64,000 nt of DNA from Faecousia sp. (GTDB taxonomy: Bacteria > Bacillota > Clostridia > Oscillospirales > Oscillospiraceae): positions 20,229-84,228 of the forward strand of contig JAZSDS010000008.1 of the NCBI GenBank assembly GCA_045531275.1, written 5' to 3'. The position numbers and the translations under genes were made by a program. Positions 1 to 9,078 of the stretch are shown piece after piece; the stretch's first letter is position 1, and every line of letters starts with the position of its first letter. The notes under the pieces are model-generated. The model was not told where the DNA came from and did no database searches. It was given only the letters and a program-made list of their open reading frames with translations.

Positions 1-575
1 TTGCTCCCAATCCTTACTACACCGAATCTGTTGCACAGGAGTGCATGGAAAAGATCTTTCTGCCCACAATTAATGCAATGACTGCAGAGGGCCGCACTTT
101 CAAGGGGTGCTTGTATTTTGGTCTGATGCTGACGGCTGACGGTCCTAAGGTTATTGAGTATAACTGTCGTTTTGGAGACCCTGAGACCCAAGTGGTACTG
201 CCTTTGCTGGAAAGTGATTTGCTTACCGTTATGCAGGCAACAACCAACGGCACGCTTTCAGATACAGAGGTAGTGTTCTCGGATAAGCATGCTTGCTGTG
301 TTGTTACAGCGTCTGCGGGATATCCTCTCAGCTACCAAAAAGGCTTTGAGATCATTATGACAGAAGAGGCTCAGGAGCATACTTTTGTTGCCGGTGCCAA
401 GCTTGATAATGGCAAGCTGGTCACCTCTGGAGGCCGTGTTACAGGCACAACCGCGGTCGCGGATACATTGGAAGACGCGATTCGTGAGGCTTACCGTATT
501 TCTGACGGCGTGCAGTTTGAAAAAGCATACCGCAGAAGTGATATTGGTCAGCGCGGCTTAGCTGCGTACAAATAA
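1..575 (+). CDS. purD: phosphoribosylamine--glycine ligase (PurD), C-terminal part; the 5' end lies outside the window
   Basis: The frame is open from the window edge. The translation carries the PurD-type signature EYNCRFGDPETQ ... TSGGRV. purL follows 15 nt downstream. Confidence 0.9.
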   Translation, partial: APNPYYTESVAQECMEKIFLPTINAMTAEGRTFKGCLYFGLMLTADGPKVIEYNCRFGDPETQVVLPLLESDLLTVMQATTNGTLSDTEVVFSDKHACCVVTASAGYPLSYQKGFEIIMTEEAQEHTFVAGAKLDNGKLVTSGGRVTGTTAVADTLEDAIREAYRISDGVQFEKAYRRSDIGQRGLAAYK

Positions 576-589
576 GGAGGATTTCTCCC

Positions 590-3500
590 ATGGTTTATCG
601 CGTATATGTTGAAAAGAAGGCAGGACAGACCCATGAAGCGGATGGCCTGTTGAGAGAGGTTAATGATTTTTTACAGATCAGGAACCTGGAATCTGTGCGC
701 ATTCTGAATCGCTATGATGTTGAGAAGATCGACAAGGATTTATTCCAGTACGCTGTCAATACTGTGTTCTCTGAACCCCAGGTTGACAGTGTCACCTATG
801 ATGTTCCCCAGGGAACGGTAGTTTTTGCAGTTGAGCCACTGCCGGGTCAGTTTGATCAAAGAGCGGATTCTGCAGCTCAGTGTATCCAAATTTTGTCCCA
901 GGGAGAACGGCCCATCGTCCGTACAGCAAAGGTTTATGTTCTGGAGGGTGATTTGTCTGACGAAGAGATCCAGACAATTCGCCATCATGTCATTAACCCT
1001 GTGGAATGCCGCGAGGCAAACCTGGATATGCCGGATACACTGGAGCTGGAGGTAACTGTTCCTGCTTCTGTTGCAACTGTTGAAGGATTCCTGGATATGG
1101 ATCGTGACGGATTAGCGGAAATTGTAAAATCTCTCGGCCTTGCAATGGACTTGGATGATATTACATTCTGCCAGGGGTACTTTAAAACAGAAAACCGGAA
1201 TCCTACCATTACAGAGATCCGGATGATCGATACATATTGGTCCGATCACTGCCGTCACACCACCTTCAACACCACTATTGACAGTGTTAAGTTTGAAGAT
1301 GCCCTGCTGCAAAAGGCTTACGAGGATTACTTGGCAACCCGTGAGGAACTGGGTCGTACCAAACCTGTTAACCTTATGGATATCGGCACACTTGCCGGAA
1401 AGTATCTGCGCAAGAACGGTTACCTGGACAAGCTTTATGAGTCCGAGGAAATCAACGCCTGCACTGTTCGTATGACAGTTACTGTAGATGGTGAGGAACA
1501 GCCCTGGTTGTTGCTGTTCAAAAATGAGACACACAACCATCCCACAGAAATTGAACCCTTTGGCGGTGCTGCTACATGTATTGGCGGCGCTATCCGTGAT
1601 CCGCTGGCAAGCCGAGCTTATGTCTATGCGGCTATGCGTGTTACCGGCGCGGCTGATCCGTTGAAGCCTGTAAATGAGACGATTAAAGGTAAGCTGCCCC
1701 AGCGCAAGATCGTTACAACTGCGGCAGCAGGCTATTCCTCCTACGGTAACCAGATCGGTCTTGCTACCGGCATGGTGGATGAGCTGTACCACCCCGGCTA
1801 TGCCGCAAAGCGTATGGAGATCGGCGCTGTTATCGGTGCTGTCCATGAGGATCACTCCAAGCCTGATTTCCCGGCCCCCGGTGATAAGGTTATTCTGTTG
1901 GGTGGCAAAACCGGACGTGATGGTTGCGGCGGTGCTACCGGTTCTTCCAAGAGCCATACTGTAGAGTCTCTTTCTTCCTGCGGTGCAGAAGTGCAAAAGG
2001 GCAACGCTCCGGAAGAGCGCAAGCTCCAGCGCCTGTTCCGTAACGGGGAAGCGGCGGTAATGATCAAGCGCTGCAATGACTTTGGTGCCGGCGGTGTTTC
2101 TGTTGCTATCGGCGAACTGGCCGACGGATTGGAAATCGATCTGAATAAGGTTCCCAAGAAATATGAGGGCCTGGACGGAACAGAACTGGCAATCTCTGAG
2201 TCTCAGGAGCGCATGGCAATCGTGGTTGCTGCTGAGAATGTTGAACGCTTCCTGGAATTGGCCGCACAAGAAAATCTGGAGGCTACTGTGGTGGCTACTG
2301 TCACTGAGGAAGCCAGACTGAAAATGCAGTGGAACGGCCAGACAATTTGTGACATCAACCGTGAGTTCTTGAACTCTAACGGCGCAGAAAAGCATGTGGA
2401 TGTGCAGATTGCCGCTCCCGCTGATTTTACACCTGAGATCAAGGGGTCCTTTACTGAGAATCTGAATCGCGTGGCTACGGACCTTAACACATGTTCCAAG
2501 CGCGGTCTGTCTGAACGCTTTGATGCTACCATCGGAGCAGGTACTGTGTTGATGCCTTTTGGCGGTAAATTCCAGCAGACACCTATCCAGGCTATGGTTC
2601 ATAAAATCAGCCTTGAGAAGGGTCATACCGACGATTGCTCTGTTATGAGCTGGGGTTACAATCCCTTTATCACGGAAAAGAGCCCCTATCATGGCGCTTA
2701 TTTGGCTGTTGTTGAGTCTGCATCCAAGCTGATTGCTGCCGGCGCAAGCTTCCAGGATGTATACCTGACATTCCAGGAGTATTTCCTCCGTGTGGGTAAG
2801 GATGCAAAGCGCTGGGGTCAGCCTACTGCAGCACTTCTGGGTGCCTTTAAGGCGCAGATGGATCTGAAGATTGCTGCTATTGGCGGTAAGGATTCTATGT
2901 CCGGTACATTCGAAGATATCGATGTTCCTCCGACCTTAGTTTCTTTTGCTGTCACAACAGACAAAATCAGTAATATTATTTCCAACGAATTCAAGAAGGC
3001 AGGCAGCAAGGTAGTTTGCCTCCGTCCTGAATACGACGGAAACGGTCTGCCCAAGGCAGATTCCTTGCTGGCTGTGTTTGACCGCGTAACAAAGCTTATG
3101 CGTGATGGAAACGTCCTTTCCTGCTATACTCCCGGTATGGGCGGTATTGGCGAAGCAGTCATGAAGATGTGCTATGGCAACGGACTTGGATTTACCTTTG
3201 CTGATAACTTGGATGTAAAGGGAATCTTCGGCTATAGCTACGGAGCATTCCTCCTGGAGACTACTGAGGATGTTGAAGGATCTGTTACTGTTGGTACAGT
3301 TACAGACGCTGGCAAAATCACATTTGGTGACGAAGCAGTCTCCCTGGCTGAGCTGCAGAAGGCTTACGAGGACAAACTGGAATCTGTATACACCTGTAAT
3401 ATTCCCGATGCGAACACACCGATTGAGACAGTTTCTTCTCCTGAGAAGGTTCGTGTGGCACCTGCTATCAAGGTTGCAAAGCCCAAGGTGCTGATCCCTG

Positions 3501-4276
3501 TCTTCCCGGGAACAAACTGTGAGTATGATTCCGCAAGAGCTGTAGCGGATGCCGGCGCAGAGCCTGAAATTTTCGTTGTGAAGAACATGTCCTCTGATGC
3601 CATTTCCCGCAGTGTAGAGACCTTTGCGCAGAAGATTAAGGATAGTCAGATCATTTTTATTCCCGGTGGCTTCTCCGGAGGCGATGAACCTGACGGTTCC
3701 GGTAAGTTTATTACCGCATTCTTCCGCAACGGCGCTATCAAGGAAGAGGTTACTCGCCTGTTGGAGCAGCGGGATGGTCTGATGTGCGGTATCTGTAATG
3801 GTTTCCAGGCGCTGATAAAGCTGGGCCTGGTTCCTTACGGTAAGATCATCGACACAGATGAAAACTGCCCCACTCTTACATTCAATACCATCGGACGGCA
3901 TCAGAGCCGCATAGTCCGTACCCGTGTGGCAAGTAACAATTCTCCCTGGCTGGCTAACACCAAGGTTGGTGATATTTACAACGTTGCAATTTCTCATGGT
4001 GAGGGTCGTTTCCTTGCCTCTGAGGAACTGGCACGGCAGTTGATCGCCAACGGTCAGGTTGCTACCCAGTATGTAGATATGGATGGTAATGCAACTGCAG
4101 ATGTGCGGTTCAATCCTAACGGTTCCATATTTGCGATCGAGGGAATTACCTCTCCCGACGGCAGAGTGTTTGGTAAAATGGGTCATAGCGAGCGCATTGG
4201 TGCGGGACTTTACAAGAATGTCCCTGGCAACTACGATATCGGTATGTTTAAGTCTGCTGTGGAGTATTTTAAGTAA
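590..4276 (+). CDS. purL: phosphoribosylformylglycinamidine (FGAM) synthase, single-chain large form
   Basis: 1228-aa ORF with GGAGG 8 nt upstream. It has the FGAM synthase core (TYWSDHCRHTTF, NHPTEIEPFGGAATC) and a C-terminal class-I amidotransferase (GICNGFQ ... SHGEGRF). Confidence 0.95.
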   Translation: MVYRVYVEKKAGQTHEADGLLREVNDFLQIRNLESVRILNRYDVEKIDKDLFQYAVNTVFSEPQVDSVTYDVPQGTVVFAVEPLPGQFDQRADSAAQCIQILSQGERPIVRTAKVYVLEGDLSDEEIQTIRHHVINPVECREANLDMPDTLELEVTVPASVATVEGFLDMDRDGLAEIVKSLGLAMDLDDITFCQGYFKTENRNPTITEIRMIDTYWSDHCRHTTFNTTIDSVKFEDALLQKAYEDYLATREELGRTKPVNLMDIGTLAGKYLRKNGYLDKLYESEEINACTVRMTVTVDGEEQPWLLLFKNETHNHPTEIEPFGGAATCIGGAIRDPLASRAYVYAAMRVTGAADPLKPVNETIKGKLPQRKIVTTAAAGYSSYGNQIGLATGMVDELYHPGYAAKRMEIGAVIGAVHEDHSKPDFPAPGDKVILLGGKTGRDGCGGATGSSKSHTVESLSSCGAEVQKGNAPEERKLQRLFRNGEAAVMIKRCNDFGAGGVSVAIGELADGLEIDLNKVPKKYEGLDGTELAISESQERMAIVVAAENVERFLELAAQENLEATVVATVTEEARLKMQWNGQTICDINREFLNSNGAEKHVDVQIAAPADFTPEIKGSFTENLNRVATDLNTCSKRGLSERFDATIGAGTVLMPFGGKFQQTPIQAMVHKISLEKGHTDDCSVMSWGYNPFITEKSPYHGAYLAVVESASKLIAAGASFQDVYLTFQEYFLRVGKDAKRWGQPTAALLGAFKAQMDLKIAAIGGKDSMSGTFEDIDVPPTLVSFAVTTDKISNIISNEFKKAGSKVVCLRPEYDGNGLPKADSLLAVFDRVTKLMRDGNVLSCYTPGMGGIGEAVMKMCYGNGLGFTFADNLDVKGIFGYSYGAFLLETTEDVEGSVTVGTVTDAGKITFGDEAVSLAELQKAYEDKLESVYTCNIPDANTPIETVSSPEKVRVAPAIKVAKPKVLIPVFPGTNCEYDSARAVADAGAEPEIFVVKNMSSDAISRSVETFAQKIKDSQIIFIPGGFSGGDEPDGSGKFITAFFRNGAIKEEVTRLLEQRDGLMCGICNGFQALIKLGLVPYGKIIDTDENCPTLTFNTIGRHQSRIVRTRVASNNSPWLANTKVGDIYNVAISHGEGRFLASEELARQLIANGQVATQYVDMDGNATADVRFNPNGSIFAIEGITSPDGRVFGKMGHSERIGAGLYKNVPGNYDIGMFKSAVEYFK

Positions 4277-4278
4277 CT

Positions 4279-4314
4279 GAAAATCCCTGCTTCGTTTGAA
4301 GCAGGGATTTTTTA
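4279..4314. terminator. bidirectional intrinsic terminator between purL and trmO
   Basis: 13-bp perfect stem AAATCCCTGCTTC/GAAGCAGGGATTT with a 4-nt loop, flanked by an A-run and a T-run. Confidence 0.8.
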
Positions 4315-4998
4315 TAAGTCGGTTACACTGACGACGCGAAGAATACTGTCCTGAACGGTAAACTGAATATTGTATCCTGCAAAGCTCAGTCCGTAAATTC
4401 TGTTTGGGTCATGCTGATAGGATGGCCTTGGATCGTGCGACAGGACGCCTCTCAAGGCACTGCGCTTGTTTTGCGGGATTATGGAAAGCAAATCCTCCGG
4501 AAATTCTACGGTTAGCAGAAAGTTGTTAGCGGAGTCTGTGAAGCCTCCTGTAGCATCGGAGTGGCAATCACTGTAGGGAATATAAGGCTTAATATCAAAA
4601 ATCGGTGTACCATCCATTAAGTCAGCGCCTGAAACATGGATAACCATTCCGTATTCTTTTGTTTGTTCCAGGCCCAAAATACGCACACTGGAAAGGCCTA
4701 TTGCGTTGGGACGAAAGGGTGAGCGGGTTGCAAATACGCCCATCCTTGTGTTGCCACCCAAGCGTGGTGGACGCACTGTGGGCGACCAGTCATCCCGAAT
4801 AGTCTTGGAGAATTGCCAAATCAGCCAAATGTGGGAATATGCATCCAATCCACGAAGGGCCTCACAGTTCCGGAACTCCGGTTCAAAAATAACCGTGGAT
4901 TGCAGTTCCTCCACAAGTCCACTTTGGCGGGGAATGCCGAATTTGCTTGGGAAATCGCTCTTTATGCGGGCGATGATTTTTGTTTCTACAGTTTCCAT
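4312..4998 (-). CDS. trmO: tRNA (N6-threonylcarbamoyladenosine37-N6)-methyltransferase TrmO (YaeB family)
   Basis: Translation from METVETKIIARIKSDFPSKFGIPRQ matches the TrmO/YaeB N-terminal beta-barrel family. The start was moved to ATG 4998, because the longer ORF-track start overlaps the upstream permease gene. Confidence 0.85.
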   Translation of the reverse strand: METVETKIIARIKSDFPSKFGIPRQSGLVEELQSTVIFEPEFRNCEALRGLDAYSHIWLIWQFSKTIRDDWSPTVRPPRLGGNTRMGVFATRSPFRPNAIGLSSVRILGLEQTKEYGMVIHVSGADLMDGTPIFDIKPYIPYSDCHSDATGGFTDSANNFLLTVEFPEDLLSIIPQNKRSALRGVLSHDPRPSYQHDPNRIYGLSFAGYNIQFTVQDSILRVVSVTDL

Positions 4999-4999
4999 A

Positions 5000-5839
5000 T
5001 CATGCCCTGACCTTTCTGATAAGGAATGAGACCACAAACAGAAGGGCAAGAACCAGGGATATTGCTGCTCCCGATGATGACCCCAGGTAGTAGGAAACGG
5101 AAAGACCGGAAATTCCGGCGAATAGGGCCACGAGAACTGAGAAAGCATGGTATTGTTTTAAGTTTTTCGCAATATTTCTCGATATGGCGCCGGGTAATAC
5201 CAGAAGAGAGTTCAGGATCAAAAGTCCAACCCAGGAGATAGATAGCGTGACGATGACTGCAATCGCAGTTGTAAATATTGCCTGAGTCATGTTGATAGGA
5301 ATACCACGGGAGGAGGCTAGTTGTGGGTGGATAGCAGTCAGTGTCAGCCGATTGGAGGCCAGCAACCAGAATAGGATCACGATACCCAGAACCAAGGCCA
5401 ACAGACCAAGCTCTTCTGGGGTGACAGAGAGAATATCACCGATGAGATATTTGTTGTATTTTGTAAAACTACCGCCTCCTAAGGTGGCGATGAAAATGCC
5501 TAATGCAACGGCTGTGCTTGAAAATACGCTGATCAGCGTGTCTGCAGCATGGTTGCTGCGACTACGTACAAAGGAGAATAACAGCGCAAAAACCACGGAG
5601 AAGAAAACAGCCATCCATGTTGGTGTTGAAATGCCGCATATTGCGCCAATGGCGATCCCTGTGAAGGCAGAATGTCCGAGGGCATCCGAGAAGAAACTCA
5701 TACGCCCGGTAACAATCATTGTGGATGCAAGGCCAAACAAGGGACCCATAAGAAGTACTGCCAGCATAGCGTTCTTCATGAAATCCCAATGCAGGATATC
5801 CAAAGGAACGGCATCACATATAGCATACCAAATACTCAT
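5000..5839 (-). CDS. metal (Zn/Mn-type) ABC transporter permease, ABC-3 family (ZnuB/AdcB-like)
   Basis: 279-aa polytopic membrane protein typical of ABC-3 permeases. It overlaps the upstream ATPase gene by 4 nt. Confidence 0.85.
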   Translation of the reverse strand: MSIWYAICDAVPLDILHWDFMKNAMLAVLLMGPLFGLASTMIVTGRMSFFSDALGHSAFTGIAIGAICGISTPTWMAVFFSVVFALLFSFVRSRSNHAADTLISVFSSTAVALGIFIATLGGGSFTKYNKYLIGDILSVTPEELGLLALVLGIVILFWLLASNRLTLTAIHPQLASSRGIPINMTQAIFTTAIAVIVTLSISWVGLLILNSLLVLPGAISRNIAKNLKQYHAFSVLVALFAGISGLSVSYYLGSSSGAAISLVLALLFVVSFLIRKVRA

Positions 5840-6591
5840 AGGACAGACCCTCCCCTGCGATGAAATACGCGCTTAAAATCCTCAGACGCAAGGACTTCTT
5901 TTGGGGCTCCTTGGCAGATTATTCTGTGATCCACAAGGGCAACCTGATCGGCATAGAGATCCAGCATTCCAAAATCGTGGGTGGTCATAAGGATAGACAG
6001 ATCATAGGTTTGGCGGATCTCGTCCAGCATATCCATAAGAGTGGCAATGCCCTCCACATCTACACCGGACAGGGGTTCGTCCAGAATCAGAATATTAGGC
6101 AGTGGCTCCAGGGCCAATGCCAAAAGTACCCGCTGTAGTTCACCACCGGAAAGCGTACCGATCCGTTTATTGATCAAATCCTCACTGTGAACACGGGCCA
6201 AACATTCCAGAACCTTATCACGCATAGCTTTTGAAAGGCCAAGAAAGGCAGGCCGTTTGCTCATGCAACAGGCAAAAAGATCTGCAACACTGACGCAGTC
6301 TCCGGGGTCGAATGTGGGACTTTGCGGCACATAGCCAATTTTTGGTTTACGGTTTCTTTCGCCGGGAACAGAGAAGGAGACAATTCCGCTATACTCCTGT
6401 TGTCCTAAAATTGCTTTCAGAAGGGTGCTTTTACCTGCCCCGTTGGGCCCAATCAGGGCAAGTAATTCTCCGCAGTGCAGGTGCAGATTTACGTTCTCGA
6501 TAATGCAGTTCTTTCCGATTTTTACAGATAGGTCCTGGATACGAAGGCAGCAGGAATGACCGCAGCCGCCGCCGTGGAAACCGATATTCAT
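5836..6591 (-). CDS. metal ABC transporter ATP-binding protein (ZnuC/AdcC-like)
   Basis: Walker A GPNGAGKST, ABC signature LSGGELQR and Walker B ILILDEP. It overlaps the substrate-binding protein gene by 4 nt. Confidence 0.9.
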   Translation of the reverse strand: MNIGFHGGGCGHSCCLRIQDLSVKIGKNCIIENVNLHLHCGELLALIGPNGAGKSTLLKAILGQQEYSGIVSFSVPGERNRKPKIGYVPQSPTFDPGDCVSVADLFACCMSKRPAFLGLSKAMRDKVLECLARVHSEDLINKRIGTLSGGELQRVLLALALEPLPNILILDEPLSGVDVEGIATLMDMLDEIRQTYDLSILMTTHDFGMLDLYADQVALVDHRIICQGAPKEVLASEDFKRVFHRRGGSVL

Positions 6592-7475
6592 TCCAATGCC
6601 TCCTTTAATGTGTCGATGTTATGATACATTGCTTCAAAGTAGCTCTCGCCCGACATTGCAGTATCCAGTCGGTAGACGAACGCGCCCGTCTCTGACGCAA
6701 TAATAGATGCGGCAGAGGAACTGCCGTTTTTTTCAATGAATACTGCACCCAGCTGGTGTTTGTCAACCAACATGGTAAGTGCCATAAGCTCTGCGGCGGA
6801 TGCTTCGCTTCCGGATTCTTCCTCGATGGAATGAATGATGTTAAGATCGAATGCTTCCGCCATATATGCGAACCCGTCATGAAAGGTGATAATCTCTCTG
6901 CAAGACAGGTTATTGAGTTCTGTAGACGCATAGGAATCTAGATCATCCAGTGACTTTATAAGGGTTTCAAGGTTTTTTGTAAATTGTTCTGTATATTCAG
7001 GGTATGCCGATAGAAGGCCCTGACAAATGTTTTGCGACATGGTTTTTGCGTTGGCAGGGGAGAGCCAGATATGGGGATCCTGGTTATGGGCGTGACCATG
7101 ATTATCATGATGCTCATGGTCTGTATCCTCGCCGGAGCAAATAAGGGGTATGTTGGTGGATGCGTCAATTATTCTGTCATCTGTTGGTAATACATCCTCA
7201 AGAAAATCCTCCAGACCGGCCCCTGATATTACCACCCAATCTGCAACCTCCAGAGCCTGCATCTGACTGACTTGTAACGTATAGTCATGGAGGCAGGATA
7301 CTTCCTCGTTGATTAGTCGGGTAACTGTGATTCCTGTGCCCTGGCAGAGTAGTGTAGTAAATTCATATACAGGCAGAGTAGTGGCGGCGATTTGTGCCTC
7401 CTGTGTCGTGCTTCTGCAGCCATAAAAGCAGAGGCATAGCAGGAGTATAAATATAATAATCAACCGGCATTTCAT
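6588..7475 (-). CDS. metal ABC transporter substrate-binding lipoprotein (ZnuA/AdcA-like, probably zinc)
   Basis: Signal peptide with lipobox FYGC. Cluster-9 SBP-like sequence with a His/Asp-rich loop, DTDHEHHDNHGHAHNQDPH, typical of zinc-specific members. Confidence 0.85.
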   Translation of the reverse strand: MKCRLIIIFILLLCLCFYGCRSTTQEAQIAATTLPVYEFTTLLCQGTGITVTRLINEEVSCLHDYTLQVSQMQALEVADWVVISGAGLEDFLEDVLPTDDRIIDASTNIPLICSGEDTDHEHHDNHGHAHNQDPHIWLSPANAKTMSQNICQGLLSAYPEYTEQFTKNLETLIKSLDDLDSYASTELNNLSCREIITFHDGFAYMAEAFDLNIIHSIEEESGSEASAAELMALTMLVDKHQLGAVFIEKNGSSSAASIIASETGAFVYRLDTAMSGESYFEAMYHNIDTLKEALE

Positions 7476-7536
7476 TACAAATCAACCTCTAAACAAAATG
7501 TTGTTCTTCACTATATAGAATACCATATTTGTCAAG

Positions 7537-7566
7537 AAAAAGGAGACTGCAGGTGCAGTCTCCTTT
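7537..7566 (-). terminator. intrinsic terminator of the 86-aa ORF
   Basis: On the minus strand: AAAGGAGACTGC-ACCT-GCAGTCTCCTTT followed by a T-run. Confidence 0.75.
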
Positions 7567-7575
7567 AAGGTAAGT

Positions 7576-7836
7576 TCAATGGGTATCCAGCCAATCGTTG
7601 ACCTTGGTTTTTGCAAGGCGAATAATATCCTCCGTAGGATAGGGGGAGTTTTCGCCGCCGCGGACATACAGGAAATACAGACCGCCGGGAGTCTGGAAAA
7701 GGGTTTCCTCATAGCCTGCGGGGTCACCAAAGTAGCTGTAAGTATATTTCTTGATGAAAGTAGAAGTTTCGGTATCATACTCTTTCTTGCAAATGGTTTT
7801 CTTCACGATAATGGCCTCCTCGTATGTAAAGTGCAT
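7576..7836 (-). CDS. hypothetical small protein (86 aa), no family recognised
   Basis: Stand-alone ORF with its own terminator. It sits in an AT-rich upstream region, and no motif is recognisable. Confidence 0.5.
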   Translation of the reverse strand: MHFTYEEAIIVKKTICKKEYDTETSTFIKKYTYSYFGDPAGYEETLFQTPGGLYFLYVRGGENSPYPTEDIIRLAKTKVNDWLDTH

Positions 7837-8002
7837 GGTAATTATAACTGTTTTTTTGAGAAAATCAAGATGAAATTTTTCGTTTTGTTGGAAAATTACG
7901 CCCCAAGAATCATTTTTTATGAAGTTTTAAAAGTAAATGATGGTGTTATGCTGGACGATGTCTTTCTTATATGGTATCATAACTGTGTTAGGGGTGGTGT
8001 TT

Positions 8003-8644
8003 GTGCAGGATATCTCTGTTTTCACTACTACAGCAGGTGTAGCAAGCCTGATACTAAAAGAAATTCCATACAAGAAGGAAGCGTACATTAAAATTCAGGA
8101 TTCACTTGAACCGGAAAAGCTCCTAAAAGAATGTTACGATTTCTGCCGTGCTGTTGGCGCTGAGCGTATATATGTATCCGAGTATGATGGCCTACGTCAT
8201 TATCCGTTACATGCTACATTGCAGCAAATGCGGCGTTCTTTGGATGGGTTACCACAAACCGATGCAGTAGCGGTTCCTGTGGAGGAGAGATCACTGGAGC
8301 AGTGGCGGCAGATATATAATACCTATATGCGGAATGTGCCGAAGTCTGCAACCATGACCATCGAAGAGGCGAAAAAACATTCATACAAGCAGGATGGATA
8401 TTTCATTTATCGTGAAGAAATGTTGATAGGTATTGGTATAGCATCCGGACAGGGTATTGACGCTGTTGTTTCCTTGCATCCCGGTGCGGGACAAGATGTA
8501 CTTGTTGCGCTGGCAGCTGTGCTTGTTGGGGAGCAGGTATTATTAGAGGTTGCCTTGGAAAATCACCGGGCGATTCATCTTTATCAACGCCTAGGTTTCG
8601 AAACAACCGGAGAAATAGCAAGGTGGTATCGGGTAGAATACTGA
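8003..8644 (+). CDS. GNAT-family N-acetyltransferase (start uncertain; the ORF is open from 7937)
   Basis: The C-terminal acetyl-CoA-binding-like segment NHRAIHLYQRLGFETTGE is typical of GNAT proteins. GTG 8003 is preceded by AGGGGTGG. Alternative ATG starts are at 7937 and 7958. Confidence 0.6.
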   Translation: MQDISVFTTTAGVASLILKEIPYKKEAYIKIQDSLEPEKLLKECYDFCRAVGAERIYVSEYDGLRHYPLHATLQQMRRSLDGLPQTDAVAVPVEERSLEQWRQIYNTYMRNVPKSATMTIEEAKKHSYKQDGYFIYREEMLIGIGIASGQGIDAVVSLHPGAGQDVLVALAAVLVGEQVLLEVALENHRAIHLYQRLGFETTGEIARWYRVEY

Positions 8645-8660
8645 TGTCACGGAAAAATAC

Positions 8661-8689
8661 TTGACAAGCCGTTTGCGCTGTGCTATAAT
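8661..8689 (+). promoter_or_regulatory. sigma-A type promoter of the ylxM-ffh operon
   Basis: TTGACA (8661-8666), a 17-nt spacer, then TATAAT (8684-8689). Confidence 0.7.
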
Positions 8690-8730
8690 ACCGCAGGTAT
8701 CAAGGAAGAATCCTTGACAGGAGGTGCCCC

Positions 8731-9075
8731 ATGGACGCAACGGAAATGATTCTGCTGTATGATTATTATGGCGATCTGCTGACAAAAAGGCAGAAAGAAT
8801 GTTTTGAATTGCGTTATAATCAGGATTTGTCCCTTGGGGAGATCGGTCAGGAGCTTGGTATCAGCCGTCAGGGTGTGTTTGACAATCTCAGCAGAACAGA
8901 GGCACTGCTGAAGAATATGGAAGAAAAGACAGGTTGTGTGCAGCGGGATATTCGCTGCCGAAAGGCAATTCGTGCCATCCTAGACGCTGCACAGGCCCTG
9001 TCGGATAATCATGACAAACAGGTGTCCAAACTGGCACGGCAGATTATTGCTGCTGCCGAGGAACTTGAGGAGTAA
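8731..9075 (+). CDS. ylxM: YlxM/UPF0122 putative DNA-binding protein (sigma-70 region-4-like HTH)
   Basis: 114 aa containing LSLGEIGQELGISRQGV (HTH). It holds the conserved position immediately upstream of ffh. Confidence 0.85.
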   Translation: MDATEMILLYDYYGDLLTKRQKECFELRYNQDLSLGEIGQELGISRQGVFDNLSRTEALLKNMEEKTGCVQRDIRCRKAIRAILDAAQALSDNHDKQVSKLARQIIAAAEELEE

Positions 9076-9078
9076 GAA

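Noticed and set aside
4999-5148. The longer trmO ORF starting at 5148.
   Set aside because: The extra 50 codons overlap the 3' end of the permease gene in another frame and have no TrmO similarity. METVETK at 4998 matches the family N-terminus.
7579-8091. A 170-aa plus-strand ORF spanning the 86-aa gene (antisense) and the start of the GNAT gene.
   Set aside because: It has no recognisable motifs and no SD. It overlaps two better-supported features, one of which has its own terminator.
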